In this document: positions 56,538 to 64,000 of the stretch, one piece after another | How the letters are laid out: each line of letters opens with the position of its first letter | Numbering within the stretch: position 1 is the stretch's first letter | Virus record (IMG/VR): IMGVR_UViG_3300029911_000025 | Location: 775-64,774 of that record | From: a virus | Lineage: Duplodnaviria; Caudoviricetes | Reading direction: 5' to 3' (one strand) | DNA: 64,000 nt | Notes under the pieces: model-generated | The model's database searches: none | What the model saw: only the letters and a program-made list of their open reading frames with translations | What the model was told of the DNA's origin: nothing | Made by a program: the position numbers and the translations under genes

Positions 56538-58559
56538 TTGTTAGACATTGCGGCGGTAAAGGTTAAGAGCAGCGGGCTGACGCCAAAGGAAGCTGCCGAT
56601 CTTGGTATGTACAGCATCGAGAGCGCGCTAGTTCTAGGGTCCAACTTCAAGGCGACGCCCTCCCTTGTCATCCCGTATTACGATATCGCCGGTAAACCGT
56701 TGCGCGATGCGACGGTCCCGTTCTTCCGCGTCAGGTACCTAGACGCCAACCCTTCCGTCAAAGGGTTCAACGCCAGCAAGGCGCAGCGCTACAGCCAGCC
56801 CGCCTTTACCAGCGCGCACGCCTACTTCCCTAAGAGCCTACCGTGGTCCACAATCGCGGAGAACACGGACGAGCCCATAATCATAACCGAGGGCGAGCTC
56901 AAAGCCGCCAAGGCCGCAGCGCATAACTTCAGCGCCATCGGGCTGGGCGGCGTGCATAACTTCCGCGCAGCCAAAGACGGTATCTTCTGGCTCCCCGAAC
57001 TTGAGACAATCAAGTGGGCGCGCCGGGCTGTCTACGTGGCGTATGATTCAGACTATGTGGACAACCCCATGGTCTGCCACGCCATTAACCTTCTGTGTGA
57101 AGAACTCCAAGAGCGCGGCGCCAAGCCCCGGCTCATATCGCTACCCGATGTGTACGCCGATAAGAAGACTGGGCTTGATGACTTTCTGATAGAGCGCGGC
57201 GAAGAGAAACTCGTGGCCCTTATGGCCGAAGCCGAACCACTTGTTATATCAACCAAGCTATGGGAGATGAACGACGAACTAACGTATGTGCGTGACCCCG
57301 GCATTATCATAGCCTCATCAGACGGTGAGTCGTACAATATCAAGATGTCGCCCGCTGGGTTTACCGGTCATAGCGACTGGGCAACCCAAAGCACGCCCGA
57401 GCGCGTGGTAAAGCCGGGCGGCTCCCTTAGCTATGACAAGGTTAGCGCCGCCGCCGCCTGGATAAAGTGGCCACTGCGTAAGTCTGTTGCAAAGATCACC
57501 TATGCGCCGGGCGCGCCCAAGTTCACCGACGATGGTCTGTTCAACGAGTGGAACGGCTGGGGGTGCGAACCCAAAAAAGGCGACATCAAGCCGTGGACTG
57601 ATCTTACAAAATTCCTATTCGAAGATGCCGAGGCCGAGTTCCTAGATTGGTTCCTGGATTGGTGCGCCTACCCGATACAGTACCCCGGCACGAAGCTGTT
57701 CAGCGCTGTCATTGTGCATGGGCGCGCCACAGGTACGGGCAAAAGCTTGGTGGGATACACGCTAGGCTCTTTGTATGGCTATAACTTCACCAAGGTGACA
57801 AACCGCCAGCTCAAGTCAAGCTTCAACACATGGGCGGCAAACAAACAGTTCATACTTGGCGATGAGATATCCGGTACAGACAAACGAGCAGAGTCCGACG
57901 AACTCAAAGCTGTGATCACTCAAGAAGAAATTTCCATAAACACGAAGAACGTGCCGGAGTACACAATACCGGACGTGATCAATTACTATTTCACGAGCAA
58001 CCATGCCGATGCGTTCTATATCGAAGACAAGGACCGCCGGTATGCTATTCATGAAGTGACCCAAGATGAGCCGCTGCCTGACGAGTTCTACCGCAAGTAT
58101 CACGAGTGGCGGACCAACGGCGGCCCGAGCCATCTGTTCTATTACTTGCTACACAGGGACACGTCTAACTTCAACCCACATGCGCCCGCCTTCAAGACCG
58201 CTGCTAAGGCTAGAATGGTTGTTCACGGGCGCAGCGACCTAGGGGCGTGGTGCGCAGACCTGCGCGAAAACCCCGACGCTTATCTTATGCTTGGTAAGAT
58301 GCGGCATAGGCGTGACCTTTTCACTGCCAAAGATATTCTAGCCATGTACCAGCAGAATCACGACCCATCTGGTAAGGTCACCATCAACGGCATGTCCCGT
58401 GCTTTGGCCGCCGCTGGGTTTGCTCAAGCCCATAAGGGAAACCCCATACGTTTAGATGACGGCTCGCAAAGCCGCTTCTTTATCGTGCGCAATACAGCCA
58501 AGTGGAAGAAAGCTTCTTTGGCTGATCTTCTAAAGAACACAAAGGTAGGTCCGCTATGA
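56538..58559 (+). CDS. Primase-helicase (Toprim/DUF3854 plus D5-like SF3 helicase)
   Basis: ITEGELKA, YDSD, K.GLDDF, Walker A G.GTGKS, DE, TSNH and DRR; TTG start after GGAGG. Confidence 0.9.
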   Translation: MLDIAAVKVKSSGLTPKEAADLGMYSIESALVLGSNFKATPSLVIPYYDIAGKPLRDATVPFFRVRYLDANPSVKGFNASKAQRYSQPAFTSAHAYFPKSLPWSTIAENTDEPIIITEGELKAAKAAAHNFSAIGLGGVHNFRAAKDGIFWLPELETIKWARRAVYVAYDSDYVDNPMVCHAINLLCEELQERGAKPRLISLPDVYADKKTGLDDFLIERGEEKLVALMAEAEPLVISTKLWEMNDELTYVRDPGIIIASSDGESYNIKMSPAGFTGHSDWATQSTPERVVKPGGSLSYDKVSAAAAWIKWPLRKSVAKITYAPGAPKFTDDGLFNEWNGWGCEPKKGDIKPWTDLTKFLFEDAEAEFLDWFLDWCAYPIQYPGTKLFSAVIVHGRATGTGKSLVGYTLGSLYGYNFTKVTNRQLKSSFNTWAANKQFILGDEISGTDKRAESDELKAVITQEEISINTKNVPEYTIPDVINYYFTSNHADAFYIEDKDRRYAIHEVTQDEPLPDEFYRKYHEWRTNGGPSHLFYYLLHRDTSNFNPHAPAFKTAAKARMVVHGRSDLGAWCADLRENPDAYLMLGKMRHRRDLFTAKDILAMYQQNHDPSGKVTINGMSRALAAAGFAQAHKGNPIRLDDGSQSRFFIVRNTAKWKKASLADLLKNTKVGPL

Positions 58560-59278
58560 CTTCTAAATGGGTGGAAAGTTTTGATCATTACGCCGGTTGC
58601 GTCGACACGCCGTTGACGCCCCGCCGTGTTTTCCGAGGCGCGATGATGCTGATGATAGCGCTCGAAAGTGGCGAAGTAATTTTGAGCACGCCGTTACTCG
58701 AGGGTGAAACGACGGTGAAGATAATCAAGCACGGCGACGGGGTTATGGTGCAGCTATGATAATCGACACAATAGAATTCAACATGGCCGTCGAAGAATTT
58801 GACAGGTCGTTTCCTAATGCGTTTACGCTGATCAACCCAGAGCCCAAGTTCTGCTTCAACGGATGCGCGTTTGTTTTGGTCGAGATTGAAATGGTCCCAG
58901 TAGAGGACAACGCGCCGGTCATGCTTGTGTGTCGCGCTCACCGAACACTTGACATAAAATAGTGGATTGTGTCGCGGAAAATATCCGTGCTAGCCTTGAC
59001 GTACTGGCGCATCCCGCGCTAGCAAAGAGATACACCATGGCCACACGCTATATCCACGTAGACTTTGCCGGTACGCACAGCGAGGCGACCGGCTACCTAG
59101 CCGCGCGCCCCGCGCTGGGCTTGCTGCGCGTCAGCCGCCACAAGTCACCCAACGGTGACTGCATGATAGGCGCGCACTTGCGCACGCCCGACCACGAGGC
59201 GCAAGTGCGCGACCAACTGTTACAGCTTGACCCCGACCAATGGTCTGCCGACCACATCGCTTGTAATAGGCACTGACG

Positions 59279-59938
59279 GTGAAACGCGCCCTCGACCTAT
59301 TTTGTGGCGCCGGGGGCGCGACCCGCGGTTTACAGCAAGCGGGATATCACGTGACCGGCGTGGACATCATGCCGCAGCCCCGCTACTGCGGCGACGCGTT
59401 TGTACGGGCAGACGCCATGACGTACCCGCTAAAGGGGTTTGACTTTATCTGGGCAAGCCCGCCGTGCCAAGGCCACACGCAGATGAACAACGATAAATCT
59501 TCGCATGACCCATCTATGCTTGGCCGCATGCGCCGCCGTCTAGAGCGGCAGACAATCCCGTGGGCGTTGGAAAATGTTGTCAGCGCCAGTGCCCGCGCCG
59601 CTATGGGACCTTTGGCTGAAATTCTATGCGGCTCCATGTTTGGGCTGGGCGCCAGCCACGCGGGTAAATTCTACCAGCTACAGCGTCACCGGCTTGTGTT
59701 AGCGGGTGGCTTTGGCCCTGCGCTGCCGCCCTGCGCCCATACAGAGCCCGTTGTGGGCGTTTACGGCGGGCACGCGCGTTGTAGGGCCGCAAAGCACGGG
59801 GGCCGCGCTACGCGTGATCCCTGGGATCACCGCGCCGTGGCGAGCGAGGCCATGGGTATTGACTGGATGACTCTCAGTGAATTAAGCGAGGCAATCCCGC
59901 CCGCTTACTCCAAATGGGTGGTAGAGCAATGGACGTAG
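59279..59938 (+). CDS. DNA (cytosine-5) methyltransferase
   Basis: LDLFCGAGG, SPPCQ, ENV and AIPPAY. Confidence 0.85.
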   Translation: MKRALDLFCGAGGATRGLQQAGYHVTGVDIMPQPRYCGDAFVRADAMTYPLKGFDFIWASPPCQGHTQMNNDKSSHDPSMLGRMRRRLERQTIPWALENVVSASARAAMGPLAEILCGSMFGLGASHAGKFYQLQRHRLVLAGGFGPALPPCAHTEPVVGVYGGHARCRAAKHGGRATRDPWDHRAVASEAMGIDWMTLSELSEAIPPAYSKWVVEQWT

Positions 59939-60437
59939 GCCCCGGCACACCGCTGATATTTATTGGCCCCGAGATTGAAGATTACCCTAGTGGTCTTACC
60001 GTCGGCGCGCTGTATTTTGTCGCCGAAGTCATGCCCGGCTTTTGTACCATGGCTCGCGTGACGCTTCGTGGTGGTCCTGGATATTGGAGAGCGTACTGTC
60101 TCTGCGGCTTCAAACCGCTGGGCGACCCCGATGAAATTCTGGAAGAAGATAAGGTGCTTGAAGATGCCTGACATAATTCTGAAATTCGACGGCGTACCAC
60201 AATGCCAAGTCTTCTTAGATGGCTTCGTGCAAACCGGCGCGGTGGAAGTCAACCTTACCCAAGGCTATGTCAAGCGCGCCTTTACAGGTGAACCGGGGCC
60301 AGCCCAGACCAAAGTCGGTAGCCACGGCTACGTCTTCGACTTGGAGCAGGAAGACTTCGTGCTTGAAACTGTCAAAGGTGAGATTCACATAGACTGGGTT
60401 GACAAAGCGGCGGGCCGCGCTTGGTTGGAGAGACACG

Positions 60438-60692
60438 GTGACGCGTGAAGAAGCCCTGATCGCACTTGGCATAAACGACCCCGCCGAAGCCAGCGCCGCG
60501 TTTCGGCGACTTAGTGTAACATGCCACCCCGATTGTCGCACACCCGACGCGGCGCGCTGGGCGGAAATATCTAAGGCCAAGGGTGTTCTCATGACCCCTG
60601 TCAAGTGTGTTCTGTGCAAAGGGCAAGGGCGCTTTGTAACCCGCATCACACAAATATGTGAAGCGTGCAACGGCACGGGCTGGCAATCCTAA
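60438..60692 (+). CDS. Mini DnaJ-like protein (J-domain plus CxxCxGxG zinc finger)
   Basis: ALIALG...AFRRL...HPD; CVLCKGQG and CEACNGTG. Confidence 0.75.
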   Translation: MTREEALIALGINDPAEASAAFRRLSVTCHPDCRTPDAARWAEISKAKGVLMTPVKCVLCKGQGRFVTRITQICEACNGTGWQS

Positions 60693-60750
60693 ATCAAAAG
60701 GCTTATACTTTCTGGTGGGGCGCTGCCCCGCCGAAAACTCGTAACTCGTT
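60681..60750 (+). promoter_or_regulatory. Putative promoter TGGCAA-N17-TATACT plus ACTCGTAACTCGTT box
   Basis: Same architecture recurs at 61991-62039. Confidence 0.5.
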
Positions 60751-60953
60751 CAACGGAGAAATAAGATGCACATATCAGAACACATAGTCCTAAATATATT
60801 GAAGGACCTAAATGCCTGCGAAGCTATGGCGCTTGCGGCTTGCATCAATGCGAACCCGCGTTACGCGCAAGCTGCGGATTCTCTGCGCGCCGGACAGCGT
60901 GGCCCATCGCAACAGCTTCGCCGCGAAGCCCAAGCCAAGTTGGAGCAACGCTG

Positions 60954-61349
60954 ATGCCCACCATGAAATTCCCAAAAAGCATGGCCGCATGCGCGGACTT
61001 GCTGTACGACAAGCGCCAAGAGCGCCTAGCCGCCGATAAGGTGGCCGCCGCCCTGAAGGCCGAAGAAAACGACCTTGTCGAGTACATCATCAACAACCTT
61101 CCAAAAGACAGCGGCGGCGCCGTGGGCAAGCACCACAAGGTGGAAACCTACAATGCCGAGAAGCTGGTCGTCGCGGACTGGGACAAGTTCTACGCGTACA
61201 TCAAGCGCACGGGCCGGTTTGAGCTCATGCAAAAGCGCCTGAGCGAAGGCGCCGCCCAGGAACTCTTCGACGACAAGAAGAACGTCCCCGGCGTGGAACC
61301 CTTCACCGTGGTCAAGATCTCTTTGACCGCCGCCAAGGGGCGCAAGTGA
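60954..61349 (+). CDS. Conserved phage replication/recombination accessory protein
   Basis: V.DWD.FY.YI......L.QKR......VPG motif, usually found beside SSB genes. Confidence 0.7.
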   Translation: MPTMKFPKSMAACADLLYDKRQERLAADKVAAALKAEENDLVEYIINNLPKDSGGAVGKHHKVETYNAEKLVVADWDKFYAYIKRTGRFELMQKRLSEGAAQELFDDKKNVPGVEPFTVVKISLTAAKGRK

Positions 61350-61990
61350 TGCTGACTTACAAAGTCATCGCCGGTGCGCGAACACTGTTACCCAGCACGA
61401 CTTCCTGGGTCCGCGCTATCCGCTGTCTGTTAGACGCGGCGGAGAGCGTGGTTGAAAGCGGCCACGCGCACGTAATTCGCAGCGACGGCGTGGTCATCGC
61501 AGGCATAGACCTGGACCTTGGCGTCGCGATGAGGAGGAAATAATGGAAACCTTGTGTAGAGAAATCGAAGCCGCTGGCTTCATGTGGCTCGTGCGCAACG
61601 ACGAGCAGGGCGTCTACTTTGCCAACATCACGGTGAGACACCACAGCGCTCAGCACACTAAGCTAGGCGCGGGCTGTTGCTTTCCCAAGTACGCCGACAC
61701 GGCTGTAAACGCTCTGAGCGCTGCTTGGGGCGACTGCCGCGCTTTTCACGGCTTGGTGTCGTGATGATCACAGCCACACAATATCTAAGGCAGGCGGCGC
61801 ACGCCGAGCGAATGGGGCGCGATATGTTGCGGCGGTTCACTGAAGAGAAAGAAGCCGAGGGCTTTACAGTTACAGCCGTGAAAGACTCGGTAGTATGCTC
61901 GCCAACCCCGGCGCGGCTGGCGTACGACCAACTCTATCCGAACTTCAACCTTGGAGGCTTTGCCTTGTTCCGGCAGGGTTTTGAGGCAGC

Positions 61991-62039
61991 TAGTAATCCT
62001 TAACTGCCGGGTGTAAACTGTTTGCACTCGTAACTCGTT
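61991..62039 (+). promoter_or_regulatory. Putative promoter TAGTAA-N17-TAAACT plus ACTCGTAACTCGTT box
   Basis: Second copy of the motif, upstream of the SSB-like gene. Confidence 0.5.
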
Positions 62040-62056
62040 AACTGGAGACTGAATAC

Positions 62057-62887
62057 ATGGCTACCAAAGCAAAGCCGGGGACCGCCGTGGTCGACTGGCA
62101 AAAGGAAATGGCGGAGCAGGCGAAGATCGCCGCAGCCGCGCAGCGCGCCTCTGGTGGGGGCGGCAAGTTCTTCTCAATGCGCGCCGGGCAGTTGTCCTAC
62201 GACGGCGTGGCAATGCCGGGCAACATGATGGCGGTGATCATCTTGGCCGACACCATGGAGAACAGCTACTACGACACGCCCTTTGATCCGGACACGCCAA
62301 CGTCGCCCAAGTGCTTCGCGTTCGCCAAGAACGAGGAAGACCTTGAGCCCAGTTCGGCGGTGGACAACGATCCCTATTTCGAGCGCCAGCACGACACCTG
62401 TAACGGGTGCCCGCAAAACGCATGGGGGAGTGCCCGCACCGGCAAGGGCAAAGCATGTTCCAACGTCATGCGGCTCGCCATGATCCCTGCCGGCGAGTAC
62501 AAGAAAGGGCCGGGGCGCACCGCCGCTCTGGAGCTCGAAATGTACGACGAGCCCGAGCACTTCGAAAAAGCCGACGTCGCCTACATGAAGCTTCCCGTGA
62601 TGAGCGTGAAGAACTACGGGAATTTCGTGCGCGGCACGGCGGCTGAGCTCTTTCGCCCGCCGCACGGGGTTTTCACCAACGTCGTTGTTGAGCCTGACCC
62701 CAAGTCGCAGTTTCGCGTGGTGTTCGAAGTGATCGGCGCCGTGCCGGATGACCTCATGGCGATCGTCATGGCGCGGCACAAAACCGTGGAAGAAGGCATC
62801 GGGTTCCCGTACACGCCGCCCATGGCGCGTGACGAGCCTGCCGCGCCTGCCAAGCCGACGAACAGCAAGATGACCAAGCGGCGGTGA
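62057..62887 (+). CDS. Putative single-stranded DNA-binding protein (Zn-binding type)
   Basis: YY...FDPD...P.C, C..CP.N.WGS...G.GKAC....RLA and P..S.KN motifs. Confidence 0.75.
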   Translation: MATKAKPGTAVVDWQKEMAEQAKIAAAAQRASGGGGKFFSMRAGQLSYDGVAMPGNMMAVIILADTMENSYYDTPFDPDTPTSPKCFAFAKNEEDLEPSSAVDNDPYFERQHDTCNGCPQNAWGSARTGKGKACSNVMRLAMIPAGEYKKGPGRTAALELEMYDEPEHFEKADVAYMKLPVMSVKNYGNFVRGTAAELFRPPHGVFTNVVVEPDPKSQFRVVFEVIGAVPDDLMAIVMARHKTVEEGIGFPYTPPMARDEPAAPAKPTNSKMTKRR

Positions 62888-62919
62888 TACCGCTGGGCGC
62901 GGCGGTGATACCGCTGGGC
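62878..62919. repeat. 21-bp tandem duplication spanning the SSB stop codon
   Basis: GCGGCGGTGATACCGCTGGGC x2. Confidence 0.9.
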
Positions 62920-63224
62920 AATGCTTGGTTCGCGACCGGGCTAACCCCAGCGGCTAGGAACTGTGTGAAGCTAACCATATCCACAAACTGTCGTGAGTAA
63001 TCCGGCAGGTCAGACCATGGAAACCAAAATCACAGTTCTGAGAAGGGGCGGCATAGCGTGCACGGTTGTGTCGCCCCAACTTCTCCGGAGGCCAACAAAA
63101 TGAAATTCTTCATTGTGATACTTGTGCTGCTGACTGGCTGTCAGACCGTCGCCCGCATCGGCGTAGGGGTCACAGAGGCTAGCTGCTTTCCCCACAAGTG
63201 CCGCATCAACACAGGAGCCGCCCA

Positions 63225-63677
63225 ATGACCGCCCCCAAGACCTACACCCCCGAGCAGAGGGAAGCGATTGAGGATGTCGTAAGGTGGTTGGAAGTCAATG
63301 GCGTCGGCGACTGGACCCAGACGACCGCGCCGATCCGTCGTCACTTCCTCCCTCCCCCTGCGCCAGCTTCCTCAGATGTGCAGACAACGCCGAACAGGGC
63401 GACGATTGAGGCGGTGTGCGAGTGGCTTTCTGAGACGCGCCCACGCTACGTTGAGAACGGCTTAGTGATGGCCATCCGCACCCACTTCCTCTTTCCCGAA
63501 CCGCCCAAGATGACGCGGGAGGAGGTGGATCAGCTGCGGGAGGCGTGGATCGAGGCGGCGGAGGCGTATCAGCGGGACCCCAGCCCGTTGAGCGCGGGCC
63601 ATGCGAATAAGGCGGCACGCGACAAAGCATGGACAGCCTACCAAGCCGCCCGCTCTCTCGCCCAAGGAGACGAATGA
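63225..63677 (+). CDS. Hypothetical protein with an internal repeat; 3' part equals block A
   Basis: RBS AGGAG; IE.V..WL...IR.HFL occurs twice. Confidence 0.7.
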   Translation: MTAPKTYTPEQREAIEDVVRWLEVNGVGDWTQTTAPIRRHFLPPPAPASSDVQTTPNRATIEAVCEWLSETRPRYVENGLVMAIRTHFLFPEPPKMTREEVDQLREAWIEAAEAYQRDPSPLSAGHANKAARDKAWTAYQAARSLAQGDE

Positions 63678-63991
63678 TGACCACCCCAACCCGGTCGCGT
63701 GAGGCGGCGCTGACCCCCTCCACCCTCCGCTCCCTCTCCCTTGGCAACGCCGCCTTCCCCCTTGGCTCCCAGGAATGGGTCTTGGAGGCGAGTAGGGCGC
63801 TGGCGGAGGCGGGGGATGCTTTGGAGGCCGTTGCCCGCTCCGGTCCAGTCGAACATGACCGCGAGGAGTTGCTTGACACGATCTCGGACGCGATTGGCGA
63901 CAGTATGGATATGGACTGGAACTACCGCGACGGTGCGCGATCAGTGCTTGCAGCGTTGGTGGCTGAAAACATCGTGAAGGTGAAACCATGA
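63674..63991 (+). CDS. Alternative allele of 828-1385 (different N-terminus, same C-terminus)
   Basis: RBS AAGGAG; shared ARSGP.EHDREELL...VKVKP tail. Confidence 0.7.
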   Translation: MMTTPTRSREAALTPSTLRSLSLGNAAFPLGSQEWVLEASRALAEAGDALEAVARSGPVEHDREELLDTISDAIGDSMDMDWNYRDGARSVLAALVAENIVKVKP

Positions 63992-64000
63992 CAGACTTTG

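Noticed and set aside
59279-59938. C5-methyltransferase plus glycosyltransferase as a TET-dependent 5mC hypermodification pathway
   Set aside because: No TET/JBP 2OG-Fe(II) dioxygenase was recognised, and the glycosyltransferase clusters with 5-hmdU genes instead.
62901-62910. Lambda-operator-like half site TATCACCGCC (also at 48575)
   Set aside because: Short GC-rich match with no CI/integrase lysogeny module; probably chance.

Overview
The window is an apparently complete ~62.6-63.5 kb tailed dsDNA phage genome with siphovirus-like morphology genes. The GTA-type tail-tip module suggests an alphaproteobacterial host, and the DNA replication/modification module is YuA/M6-like. I saw no integrase, tRNA, rRNA or CRISPR array. 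Layout: + strand 1-17.5 kb has small variable genes, PolA, nucleases, an SNF2 helicase and a 5-hmdU/sugar DNA-hypermodification cluster; - strand 17.5-47.4 kb has lysis, tail, head and terminase genes plus a NusG-like antiterminator; + strand 47.9-64 kb has early genes, an AAA+/vWA pair, primase-helicase, a C5-methyltransferase and an SSB-like gene. The two window ends overlap but carry different alleles of the same variable locus. The most striking signal is four hammerhead-ribozyme folds (49304, 50039, 51151, 54054) in intergenic spaces of the early operon. Each is preceded by a GC-rich hairpin and followed by a gene start, and three share a non-canonical CCGAUG(A)U core, which suggests a ribozyme-based system for punctuating the mRNA and activating translation. 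Other notable points are a 5-hmdU pathway with a glycosyltransferase and a GDP-mannose 3,5-epimerase in place of the usual amino-acid transferase, an Acb1-like phosphodiesterase fused to the prohead protease through a capsid-like linker, and an unannotated three-member paralog family. All protein calls come from recognising motifs by eye; no database searches or folding programs were run.
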